This document shows, in pieces, positions 27,410 to 36,942 of a DNA stretch of 64,000 nucleotides (positions are counted from its first letter, which is position 1; every line of letters begins with the position of its first letter). The position numbers and the translations under genes were made by a program. The stretch is from Gammaproteobacteria bacterium. GTDB taxonomy: Bacteria; Pseudomonadota; Gammaproteobacteria; Eutrophobiales; Eutrophobiaceae. The DNA lies in NCBI GenBank assembly GCA_965221695.1, contig OZ244905.1:1472001-1536000 (forward strand), in the 5' to 3' direction. The notes under the pieces were generated by a model, which made no database searches, was not told the DNA's origin, and saw only the letters and a list, made by a program, of their open reading frames with translations.

Positions 27410-29611
27410 ATGACCAAATATACATTCAAGCCGGTGGCGATCGCTTTCGTTGCCGCACTCACTTATTCTTACGCGCTGCCCATCGCGGCGCAAAGCTCGC
27501 AGACAGAAGCCTCCGGGCAACTCGTTGAGGAGGTTTTTGTGGTCGGCAAGCGCCGCGCATATCAGGGAAACTTCGACAATCTGGAAAAACCCTCGGCGGA
27601 CCAAATGATAGCGGAAGAGCTGCTGCGCGAAGCCGGGGCGATAAACCTCAATGACGCGCTGGACCTATCGGCATCCGTTGCCCGGCAAAACAACTTTGGC
27701 GGTCTTTGGAACGCCTTTTCGGTTCGCGGCTTCGCCGGGGACATCAACTTGCCCAGCGGATTTCTGGTCAATGGATTTAATGCAGGCCGCGGGTTCGCCG
27801 GTCCGCGAGACCTGGCGGGTATTGAAGCCATGGAAGTGCTGAAAGGGCCGCGCTCAGCGCTGTTCGGGCGGGGCGAGCCTGGCGGCACGGTCAATCTGAT
27901 TACCAAACGGCCGCGGTTTGAGACGGCGGGAGACTTCCGGGCCAGCTACGGGCGTTGGGATCAAATGCGTTTCGAAGGCGATGTCCAAACCACGGTAGGC
28001 GCCAACGACGAGTTGGGGCTGCGCCTCGTCGGGTTCTACGAGGATGCGGAGAGCTTCAGGGATACGGTTGAGACCGAGCGCGTGGGATTTTATCCGTCGG
28101 TTACCTGGGAAGTCTCCGAGGCAACCAGCGTGACTTACGAGATGGAGTACACCGAGCAGGAGATCCCCTTTGATCGAGGCGTTGCCTATTCCGAATCGTA
28201 TGGCTTCACACCGCGCAAAACCTTCGTAGGCGAGCCTGGCGACGGCCCCATTGAGACCGAGGCGCTTGGTCATCAGCTCGAAGCCCAGCACAACTTCTCC
28301 GACAACTGGAGCCTGCTTGCCGGCCTAGGCTACAGAGACACCTCCTTCGAAGGCAACGCATCCGAAACCAACTTCGGGGGACGCCAGACCTATTTCCTGG
28401 ATGGCCGAACCCTGTCGCGTTTTTTCCGCTATCGGGAATTTGATTCAGACTACTTCGTCGCACGCGCTGAAGTTGCGGGCGAGTTCAATACAGGTTCGCT
28501 GCGCCACCGGCTGCTTGTGGGCGCCGACTATGACCGTTTCAAACTCAATTGGTTCATCTTGCGTTACCGGCCCGGGTGGTTTCCGGCAGGCACGGACATC
28601 AACACGCTCGATCCGTCAGCGTATCTGTTCCTGGACGTGTTCAATCCGGTCTATGGCCGGTCTCCGCAACCTGTGCCTGGCCCGAACACCAACCGAGACG
28701 AAGATCTGGAAGGATTCGGCATCTACATCCAAGACCAGATCGACATCACGGACCGGTTGCAAGTTCGTCTCGGCTTGCGCTGGGATGACTTTGAGCAGGA
28801 TTTGACCAACCTGCGCGCGGCGCCTGCGACGACGACCTCCACATCGGATACCCGACTCTCGCCGCAGTTTGGCGCGGTTTACTCGGTGAACGATGCCGTC
28901 AGCCTCTACGCCTCCTACGGCGAAGGTTTCCGCCAGCAAGCCGGTTCGGACTATCAAGGCAACCAGTTTGCCCCCAACATCACCGAATCTGTGGAGGTTG
29001 GGCTCAAGTTGGATGCGGCGCAATTCTCTGACGTGCTCTCTGGCTCACTCTCATTCGCACTATTCCAGGTGGATCAAAGCAACATTCTGGTCAACGACGA
29101 CCGGCCGGAGGCCGTAGCAGTCGGGTGGTTTTCCCGAGATGCAGGCAAAGCACGCAGCCGCGGAGTGGAAGTCGACGCGAACCTTGCCTTTGAGACTGGC
29201 TTCAATCTATGGCTTTCCTACGCATACATCGACGCCGAATTCACCAACAGCAATCTCGAAGCTGACTGGGGCGTTCTCATTGAGGACGGTGACCCACTAA
29301 TCAACTCGCCGGAGCATCAGGTGAGCTTGCAGATCAGCCAGAGTTTCAAGGTGGCAGGCATGCCGGCGCAGGTGGGCGCCGGACTTCAATACACGGACGA
29401 GCGGCTGGGGTTTACGGCCTTTGATTTCCACTTGCCGAGCTACACCACCGCACGGTTCTTTGGCCAAATCGCACCCACGGACCGGTTCGCCATTCGCTTT
29501 GACCTGGACAACGCATTTGACGAGACGTACTACACCAATTCATATGCGGATGTTTGGGTCGAGCCAGGCGCGCCGCGTAGCTACCGTTTGACGGCGTCCT
29601 ATTCGTTTTAG
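27410..29611 (+). CDS. TonB-dependent receptor (siderophore/metal type)
   Basis: VEEVFVVG, VRGF, EVLKGPRSALFGRGEPGGTVN, C-terminal YSF. Confidence 0.95.
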   Translation: MTKYTFKPVAIAFVAALTYSYALPIAAQSSQTEASGQLVEEVFVVGKRRAYQGNFDNLEKPSADQMIAEELLREAGAINLNDALDLSASVARQNNFGGLWNAFSVRGFAGDINLPSGFLVNGFNAGRGFAGPRDLAGIEAMEVLKGPRSALFGRGEPGGTVNLITKRPRFETAGDFRASYGRWDQMRFEGDVQTTVGANDELGLRLVGFYEDAESFRDTVETERVGFYPSVTWEVSEATSVTYEMEYTEQEIPFDRGVAYSESYGFTPRKTFVGEPGDGPIETEALGHQLEAQHNFSDNWSLLAGLGYRDTSFEGNASETNFGGRQTYFLDGRTLSRFFRYREFDSDYFVARAEVAGEFNTGSLRHRLLVGADYDRFKLNWFILRYRPGWFPAGTDINTLDPSAYLFLDVFNPVYGRSPQPVPGPNTNRDEDLEGFGIYIQDQIDITDRLQVRLGLRWDDFEQDLTNLRAAPATTTSTSDTRLSPQFGAVYSVNDAVSLYASYGEGFRQQAGSDYQGNQFAPNITESVEVGLKLDAAQFSDVLSGSLSFALFQVDQSNILVNDDRPEAVAVGWFSRDAGKARSRGVEVDANLAFETGFNLWLSYAYIDAEFTNSNLEADWGVLIEDGDPLINSPEHQVSLQISQSFKVAGMPAQVGAGLQYTDERLGFTAFDFHLPSYTTARFFGQIAPTDRFAIRFDLDNAFDETYYTNSYADVWVEPGAPRSYRLTASYSF

Positions 29612-29731
29612 GCAGCCAAAGTCAGAGGCGCTGGTGCACTATCCAATTGCGAGCGGGTTCGCGGCTTACAAGCATCGCGAGAAGCGCAACAAGCCTAGTA
29701 CTCTTAACGACCAGACTTGGAGTTACAAACA

Positions 29732-30454
29732 ATGACTATGCTCTCAACCCGGGCGCTCAGTGTGGAACGCTCTGGAACGCAAGCGCTCAAGGATGTCTCC
29801 TTCAGCGTCGAGCAAGGCGAAGTTCATGCCTTGCTCGGCGGCAACGGCGCCGGCAAATCAACCGCCTTGCTAACCTTCCTCGGCTTCCTCACGCCAGCGT
29901 CGGGCAGCGCGCATGTTCAAGGCCGGGACGTGCGCGACAACGTCAGCGCCGCCAGGCAAGCCATCGCCTACCTGCCCGAGGCTGCCACCTTGTACGGCCA
30001 CCTGAACGCCTACGAGAACCTCCGCTATTTCCTGTCTCTCGCCAAAAAGGACACACACAAGCAAGCGCTCGATGCCGCGTTGGACCGCGTGGCCTTGCAA
30101 GCCGAGGCCCGTGAAATGCGCATGCAAACCTACTCAAAAGGCATGCGCCAAAAGGTGGCGATAGCCATGGCAATCCTCAGAGAGGCGCCTATTATGCTTC
30201 TCGACGAGCCGACCTCCGGCCTAGACCCGGCTGCGATCGACGACTTCAACGGGCTGGTCCGGGACCTCGCCGAAGACAGCCGAACCATTTTGCTGGTGAC
30301 CCATGATGTGTACGGCGCCTGCCATGTCGCCGACCGCATCCACCTTCTGCACAAGGGCGAACTCGTCGGCGCCTTCGACCGGCCATCAGGCATGGACCGT
30401 ATCGACACCGAGTCGGTGCATGCCGCGTTCACCACGCAGGCAGCGGCACGATGA
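29732..30454 (+). CDS. ABC transporter ATP-binding protein
   Basis: GGNGAGKST, YSKGMRQK, LLDEPTSGLD. Confidence 0.93.
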   Translation: MTMLSTRALSVERSGTQALKDVSFSVEQGEVHALLGGNGAGKSTALLTFLGFLTPASGSAHVQGRDVRDNVSAARQAIAYLPEAATLYGHLNAYENLRYFLSLAKKDTHKQALDAALDRVALQAEAREMRMQTYSKGMRQKVAIAMAILREAPIMLLDEPTSGLDPAAIDDFNGLVRDLAEDSRTILLVTHDVYGACHVADRIHLLHKGELVGAFDRPSGMDRIDTESVHAAFTTQAAAR

Positions 30455-31887
30455 GCGGACTGTTCACCATCGCTCAGGCGGAATGGCAACTGTGGCTGAG
30501 GTCGCGACTTGCGTTGGGCACGTTGCTGATCTTAGCGCTGTTGCTGATCTCGACAAGCATTGTCACTGCGCTGAAGATGAGCGAGGAACGCCACGGGCGC
30601 ACGGAACAGCAGGCGGCAGCCGAAGAGTACTTTTTGTCCCAGCCGGATCGCCACCCGCATCGCATGGTGCATTATGGGCATTATGTGTTTCGCGTCCCCC
30701 CGCCCCTATCGATGATCGACCCCGGCGTGGACTCGGTCACCGGGCAGTCGATGTTTCTTGAAGGCCACCAGCAAAACACCGCGATGTTCGCCGATGCGAG
30801 GGCAAGCGCCGAACTCGGCGGATTTGAGGAGTTGACAACCGCACTAGTCTACCAGTTGTTACTGCCATTGCTGCTGATCGCCATCGGCCATGGCCTTATC
30901 ATTCGCGAGCGCGAGGAGAACACGCTGGCGCCGTTGCTTGCGCAGGGCGTGACGGGCATTCAACTCTACGCCGCCAAGGGCATTGCCCTGGCGGGCCTGT
31001 CCCTTGCGCTGTTGCTGCCGCTTGCCGTCATGTGCGCTGTCGCCATCGGACGGGGCGCTGCGCCACTCGCCGGCGCAGGCGTCCTGATGCTTTACACGCT
31101 CTATTTGCTCGTCTGGTGCAGCCTCATCCTGCTGGTATCAAGCCTGGCCCGGTCTCGCAGTCTCGCCCTCGGCATATTGACCCTGTTCTGGCTGGTAAGC
31201 GCGTTGATCATCCCGCGCGTTGCAGTCGAATCCGCGAGCGGCGCTATTCCCGCGCCGGGCAAGATAGAGACCGACCTCAACATGCAGGCCGAGTTGCGTG
31301 AAGTCGGTGATGGCCACAAGGCCGACGCACCGGAATTTCGGCAGCTTCAGGCGAACCTGCTGAAGCAATTCGGTGTGACCAGGCTGGAAGACTTGCCGGT
31401 CAACTTCCGGGGCGTCGTTGCCCAAACCGCGGAGGCGGATTTGACGGAAGTGATGAACCGGCATGCCGAACAGCGCATGGCGCTCGAAGCGGATCAGGCC
31501 CGGCGCGCCGCATTGTTTGGCTGGTTATCGCCAGTCGTGGCGGTCGCAGCAGGCTCGCGCGCACTGTCGGGTACCGACCTTGCAACCCACCATCGTTTCC
31601 TGCGCGAAGCCGAGGTCGTGCGCTTCGACTTCGTGCAGGGCCTCAATCGCGTACATGCCGAGCAACTCCCCTATAGCGATGACATCAATCGCAACATCGA
31701 TCACGAGGCCGCAAAACGCACCCGTATGCCGGCCGAAAACTGGAACGTGCTCAATGAGTTTTCCTTCCAGCCAGATACCGCCAGCGAACGCCTGGCTCGC
31801 GCCAGCACACCCGCTTCCATGCTGCTCGCCTGGCTGCTGATTCTCTCAGCCATTGGCATGCTTGCAGCGCGCAGGATGCAGGCATGA
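30451..31887 (+). CDS. ABC-2 type permease (DUF3526 family)
   Basis: HPHRMVHYG motif, REREENTL, several TM helices, ATGA-coupled. Confidence 0.85.
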   Translation: MSGLFTIAQAEWQLWLRSRLALGTLLILALLLISTSIVTALKMSEERHGRTEQQAAAEEYFLSQPDRHPHRMVHYGHYVFRVPPPLSMIDPGVDSVTGQSMFLEGHQQNTAMFADARASAELGGFEELTTALVYQLLLPLLLIAIGHGLIIREREENTLAPLLAQGVTGIQLYAAKGIALAGLSLALLLPLAVMCAVAIGRGAAPLAGAGVLMLYTLYLLVWCSLILLVSSLARSRSLALGILTLFWLVSALIIPRVAVESASGAIPAPGKIETDLNMQAELREVGDGHKADAPEFRQLQANLLKQFGVTRLEDLPVNFRGVVAQTAEADLTEVMNRHAEQRMALEADQARRAALFGWLSPVVAVAAGSRALSGTDLATHHRFLREAEVVRFDFVQGLNRVHAEQLPYSDDINRNIDHEAAKRTRMPAENWNVLNEFSFQPDTASERLARASTPASMLLAWLLILSAIGMLAARRMQA

Positions 31888-33134
31888 GTGGGCCGATGCG
31901 GGAACTCCGATTTCTCGTGAACGACCGGGCGGTGTTGCTCTGGCTGGTGATCGCGGCGCTTATTGCGTGCACCTCGGTGTTTCTTGGCCTGCGCGAGGTC
32001 GCCGCGCAACGCACCGTCCTTGACGAATTGGTCGATATCGACCGCACCGAGCGGGAAGTGGTGACGGGAATGCACCGAGACTGGGGCTATGCGGCTTACT
32101 ACACCTTTCACCTGACCTACGATCCGCCGTCGGATTTTGCGTTTGCTGCGCTCGGCCAGCGCGACACCTCGCCCTGGAAACATCGCATCCGCGCCCTTGC
32201 CCTGGAAGGACAGATTTACGAAACCGACGCAGACAATCCCGACTTTGCGTTGATTGGCCGACTCGACTTCGCGTTTGTTGCGAGCATACTTGCTCCGTTA
32301 TTGCTGATCCTCCTACTGCATGACTTGCGTTCCAGAGAACGCGCTGCGGGACGCTATGAACTGCTCAGCGCAACGGCAGCGAGCGCGGGCAGCCCCTGGC
32401 TCGCGCGTGCGGGTTGGCGGGTTGGCGCACTGACGTTGTGCCTGCTTGTTCCACTCTGGGCAGGCGGTCTGTTGGCCGGAACGGACGCTTCAAAGCTGGC
32501 GCTAGCAAGCCTCCTGGTGGCCTTGCACATCGGCTTCTGGTGGGGTATTTGCGCGGCTATCGATCGTTTTGGCTGGAGCAGCCCGGTCAACCTGACCGCG
32601 CTTATCGGCGTATGGCTGGCGCTTACCGTGGTCGTCCCCGCAGCCATCAAGAGTTCAGTGGAGGCCGCCGTGCCATTACCGGATGGCGGCGAGATCATGC
32701 TGATTCAAAGGGAGGCAGTGAACGACGCGTGGGATTTGCCCAAGTCAGCGACCATGGGGCCCTTCATTGAGCGCCATCCGCAATGGGCGGACTACGCGGA
32801 AATCAACCAGTCATTCGAATGGAAATGGTATTACGCTTTTCAACAAGTCGGCGACCAGACAGTCGAGCCCCTGTCGCTGGCCTATCGCGAAGGACGCATC
32901 AGGCGAGACCGGCTTGCTGGAACGCTCGCCTGGCTGTCACCACCCGCACTGGTTGAGCGCACCCTGCAAGACATTGCGGACACGAGCATGACGGATTCAC
33001 TGGCCTATGAGCAACAGGTACGCGACTTCCATAACGCGCTGAGACACTACTACTACCCCAGGCTGTTTCGCGATGAAGTCGTCTCAGATGCAAGCCTCGC
33101 ACAGCGACCTGAATTTCGGGTAACGGGAAAATGA
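31884..33134 (+). CDS. ABC-2 type permease (DUF3526 family)
   Basis: AAYYTFHLT, GQRD, EGQIYE, QREAVNDAWD, WKWYYAFQ. Confidence 0.85.
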   Translation: MSGPMRELRFLVNDRAVLLWLVIAALIACTSVFLGLREVAAQRTVLDELVDIDRTEREVVTGMHRDWGYAAYYTFHLTYDPPSDFAFAALGQRDTSPWKHRIRALALEGQIYETDADNPDFALIGRLDFAFVASILAPLLLILLLHDLRSRERAAGRYELLSATAASAGSPWLARAGWRVGALTLCLLVPLWAGGLLAGTDASKLALASLLVALHIGFWWGICAAIDRFGWSSPVNLTALIGVWLALTVVVPAAIKSSVEAAVPLPDGGEIMLIQREAVNDAWDLPKSATMGPFIERHPQWADYAEINQSFEWKWYYAFQQVGDQTVEPLSLAYREGRIRRDRLAGTLAWLSPPALVERTLQDIADTSMTDSLAYEQQVRDFHNALRHYYYPRLFRDEVVSDASLAQRPEFRVTGK

Positions 33135-33331
33135 ACACATAGCAAGTGTACGGTGAAACCGATCACATAATAAACGACACATCTTCCTCTTAGGTTTAAT
33201 TTCGTGTTTGACAAATCCATTTAAAGAATGGTTAATAGAGTTCAGGCAAAAAGGTAAATATGATCCATCCGATTCACAAAATTTCACATTTCTGATTCCA
33301 TCACCTCCAATCTGTTAATGTGAACTGGCTT

Positions 33332-34072
33332 ATGTACCGGCAACTGGACAGACTCAAACAAAAACTTGATGCGCATCGGCCTTTATCATCTGCTGTGATA
33401 AAGAACCTGCGTGAGGACCTGGTATTGCGTTGGACTTACCACTCCAATGCAATCGAAGGCAATACGCTTACGTTGAAAGAAACCAAAGTAGCATTGGAAG
33501 GCATCACAGTTGGCGGTAAAACCATGCGGGAACACCTCGAGGCGATTAACCACAGGGAAGCGATTTATTTCATCGAGGAATTGGCGCTTCAAAAAAATCC
33601 ACTTACGCAGCGAGACATAAAAAATATTCACCAGTTGATCCTGAAAGGTATTGACGACCGTAATGCCGGCGCCTACCGAAACACCAATGTCATTATCGCC
33701 GGCGCCGACCATACGCCGCCTAATTTTTTGCACGTGATAAGCGAAATGGACCAACTGGCAAGCTGGCATCAAAACGAAGCGCAAAGACTACACCCGGTGG
33801 AAAGAGCAGGCCGCTTGCATGCTGACTTTGTCAGAATTCATCCTTTCATTGATGGCAATGGCAGGACAGCCCGGCTATTGATGAATCTTGAATTGATGCA
33901 AGCAGGCTTTCCTGCTGCAGTTCTGCCTGTAGAAAAACGCTTGGACTATTACGAAACATTGGACGCAGCACATATTCAAAACGACTACCAGCCATTCTTA
34001 TCCTTGATAATTGAAATAGTCGAACTGGGTTTTCAGCCCTACTGGCATGTTTTAAATATTAAGCAGGATTAA
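33332..34072 (+). CDS. Fic family protein with N-terminal inhibitory motif
   Basis: HPFIDGNGRTAR; SNAIEGN. Confidence 0.94.
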   Translation: MYRQLDRLKQKLDAHRPLSSAVIKNLREDLVLRWTYHSNAIEGNTLTLKETKVALEGITVGGKTMREHLEAINHREAIYFIEELALQKNPLTQRDIKNIHQLILKGIDDRNAGAYRNTNVIIAGADHTPPNFLHVISEMDQLASWHQNEAQRLHPVERAGRLHADFVRIHPFIDGNGRTARLLMNLELMQAGFPAAVLPVEKRLDYYETLDAAHIQNDYQPFLSLIIEIVELGFQPYWHVLNIKQD

Positions 34073-34171
34073 GTTAAAACTTCAGATGCTTCACCTTATC
34101 GACTAATCAAAACAACAAGTTACGTGATAGCTTCGAATCCGGCCATCCGCACTAATTTTTACCTTTTTTAT

Positions 34172-34459
34172 TCATTTCAAATCTACGAACACGTTCGGAT
34201 GCTGCTCGGCAATTCGTAGAAGAGCAATAGCCGGGCCCTGCGGCTGTGGCCTTCCTTGTTCCCAGTCCTGCAGGGTACGCAGACTTACCCCAATCATGTC
34301 GGCAAACGCCGATTGTGACAGTTCTAACTTAAAGCGAATGGCTTTTGGTTCTGACGGTGCAGAAAGCCTGGTCGTCTTAAGTTTTACCTTGCCCTTCTTA
34401 TACTCCTGAATTTCTTTAAGGCCCGCGAGTATTTCAGCCCCGATATCACGATTTGTCAT
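34172..34459 (-). CDS. HigA-like Xre/HTH antitoxin
   Basis: LSQSAFADMIGVSLRTLQDWEQGR..P.GPA. Confidence 0.88.
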   Translation of the reverse strand: MTNRDIGAEILAGLKEIQEYKKGKVKLKTTRLSAPSEPKAIRFKLELSQSAFADMIGVSLRTLQDWEQGRPQPQGPAIALLRIAEQHPNVFVDLK

Positions 34460-34685
34460 GTTTAATGGCCTCCGCTATTTTTTTGAGTCTATGGCCGGGG
34501 ATCGTTGAGCGTTCCGATTTGTCATAGAGCGCCAACATCCATATTTCATGTTCAGACGGTTTCCAGTATTAAATCACTCGAACACCGCCACTTTTACCAC
34601 GGCCACTTTGCGCACTGCGTACTTTCCTCACACCACCGGAACCACGGATAAGGTTGCCGGCATCTGGTTTCATCATCAGATAGGA
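34446..34685 (-). pseudogene. HigB/RelE toxin pseudogene (5'-truncated, internal TAA)
   Basis: Manual translation SYLMMKPDAGNLIRGSGGVRKVR..GRGKSGGVRVI*YW..IWMLALYDKSE; TAA at 34569-34571. Confidence 0.88.
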
Positions 34686-35104
34686 TTACTCGGGTGTGCT
34701 GCCAGGAGGCGAAGATATCGATCATACGCGTGTGTCTGGATAGTCAGGCCATTCTCCCAGCGGTTCAAGGAAGCTACACCGATACCTGTTACTTGAGCAA
34801 ATTCCTCCTGAGTCATACCGAATCCTTTTCTGATGTGACGTATATCGTCAGGCGACAGGACGCTAAGATGCCGGCATACCGCTTCGTGTTGTAATCGTTC
34901 GCCTTCATCATCAAGATATACGAAGTCGCAGTCTTTGCATCGGCGAACAGGTACATTCACTGTCAGTTCCACCATGGATTCACCGGACCCATAGTTGAAT
35001 GCGTGGGAGTTCCATGATGTAGTTATGCTCGCGTTGCCACACAGTGCGCATGTGAGTTCCTGCTTTGCTGTAACCAGCCCAGTTGCTGATGGTTTTGGAT
35101 TCAT
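34676..35104 (-). CDS. MqsA-like zinc-ribbon + HTH antitoxin
   Basis: CALC and CKDC ligands, IRHIRKGFGMTQEEFA..LNRWENG; no cognate toxin seen. Confidence 0.82.
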   Translation of the reverse strand: MNPKPSATGLVTAKQELTCALCGNASITTSWNSHAFNYGSGESMVELTVNVPVRRCKDCDFVYLDDEGERLQHEAVCRHLSVLSPDDIRHIRKGFGMTQEEFAQVTGIGVASLNRWENGLTIQTHAYDRYLRLLAAHPSNPI

Positions 35105-35473
35105 TTTAGTTATCTCGTTCAGAGTAGTGAAAACTGCGCCCAATGATCTTCCCGGACCCAAGTTGGAGCTTGATTCTAATCACATGGTAACAATTATCAG
35201 TTAATTCTTGGCTCTATTAAAGTGATCATGGAGTGGCTCTATAGAGGTGCAAACTGACGTTGACTCGGGTTATTCCACTCTCGATAAAACAGCCGAGAAT
35301 AATCGTTTAGTCACACGCTGGAATTTATGGGTGCCCGAAAAAACGCAATTATGAAACTTACCGATTTTCAGGAGATTTGGACTTCACACTTCGGGATCAA
35401 AGTTACGTTGATGAGGCATTACGGAATTCTAACAATATTGTATCCTGCTTAACCCAAGCATAAGCACAGAATA

Positions 35474-36754
35474 TTAGCTCTCGTCACTTTCTAACATATC
35501 AATGGCGATGGCTGTGCAGGTGTCGACTATGGCATCCAATACTATGTGGAGCTTCGCGGAATCATACGGGTTGTCTCGTCCTTTTTGATTTAAGAAGGCT
35601 TTCGTGAATTTCTCTTTATGCTGCAAAATGCCCTGATAATGACCAACTTCCTCAATGTGATTCTTCCATTGCACGAGGGGTTGTAGACCTTCTACGTTAA
35701 GATCGAGATAGCACTCGATAGCAGCAGCCCGTCCATTTATATCGGCCAACTGCTTACCATTGGGTCCTGTCGTCGGGAAAGATTTAAATGCTTTAAGATC
35801 GGGTAACTTCATTGCCCGCATATTCATAGGTAGTGCCATGTGATTCAATTTCCGAACCGCTCTGCTTCCCTCCGCGTCATTATCAAGAAGGAAAACTGTC
35901 CGATTTTGTATATCAATGCTTTTTAGACCTTTGGCGAAATTGACTAAATTACCGGTACCGGAGAACGGATGTCCTTTGTTAAAATCGATAAATTGAAAGA
36001 AGTCTGCAATCTCAGGTCGAAGGAATTTGAAGGCTTTCTCCAAAATATGACTGTCGGAACTACCTTCGGTCGCAATCGAATATCTTTGCCTGCGGCGAGC
36101 CCCTGGACGGAATGCACTTTCTTCAGCCCACCCCGCGTAGACCATGGGGCCATATTGCCAGTCCAGATTCAGGTCTAAGTTTGTAGGATTTTCGGCAAGA
36201 AGCCGCAGCAGAGTATAGGGTTGAAGAAAGTCGACAAGGCTTGCGAAGTAGCTCTTCTCTGAGTGCATCGAATTGTCGTAATAATTACAACTAGGAATAC
36301 GTGAATTCAGCAACTCATCAGTAAAACGTCCTTTGATACGGGTCTCATTATCCTTGGACCAACTTAGGTATGAATCATCCAGATCTTTGATATTGACCGT
36401 ATTCACAAAGCTGAGGAATTCTTCAAATGACATGACTTCGAACCGTAACTTGTCGTAGGATTTAGCTAACTCGCTACGGTACAATTTGGCCATCTGTGTA
36501 TATTCGGCTTCAGCCGTTGCCAAATTGTGGCCTAGCAACTCGAGTCGCGGCAGGACAGTGCTGAGGGGACGGCGAAATCCTAATTCCGGTTCCCCTAGAA
36601 GCGGGCTATCATCTTGATCATCATAGTAATACTGGCCGGACTGAAACTTTTTTCGATCACTAGACTGGAAGAGAAATCCATGATCTGCGCCGCGGTGGTT
36701 CTTTGCATATGTGATCGACATCCCCCCGATTTCAAGACAAATCTCTGTTCCCAT
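35474..36754 (-). CDS. HEPN/Toprim-associated N-terminal domain + Toprim protein
   Basis: MGT..L......KN...HG.LFQ N-terminus; TEGSSD and DND Toprim acidic motifs; AT-richer. Confidence 0.72.
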   Translation of the reverse strand: MGTEICLEIGGMSITYAKNHRGADHGFLFQSSDRKKFQSGQYYYDDQDDSPLLGEPELGFRRPLSTVLPRLELLGHNLATAEAEYTQMAKLYRSELAKSYDKLRFEVMSFEEFLSFVNTVNIKDLDDSYLSWSKDNETRIKGRFTDELLNSRIPSCNYYDNSMHSEKSYFASLVDFLQPYTLLRLLAENPTNLDLNLDWQYGPMVYAGWAEESAFRPGARRRQRYSIATEGSSDSHILEKAFKFLRPEIADFFQFIDFNKGHPFSGTGNLVNFAKGLKSIDIQNRTVFLLDNDAEGSRAVRKLNHMALPMNMRAMKLPDLKAFKSFPTTGPNGKQLADINGRAAAIECYLDLNVEGLQPLVQWKNHIEEVGHYQGILQHKEKFTKAFLNQKGRDNPYDSAKLHIVLDAIVDTCTAIAIDMLESDES

Positions 36755-36942
36755 TTCTCATAACCTATTCATGTTCTCTCTAATTTATCCCTTCTCCATA
36801 AATTGAGATGCCTGTGGGTAAGGGATTTTCCAAAATTACTTGTCCCTGATTTGTTCGCACTTAGCAATTCGTCTACAGGCTGCTCGTTATTTTTGTGACA
36901 CGCATATTCTCCATTCTAACCTAGAGGCTCATCATCCATTCT

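Noticed and set aside
34569-34571. Sec readthrough in the toxin remnant
   Set aside because: The stop is TAA, not TGA, and the gene is also 5'-truncated.
35162-35473. Possible MqsR toxin upstream of the MqsA-like gene
   Set aside because: No ORF of 60 aa or more on that strand and no recognisable remnant.
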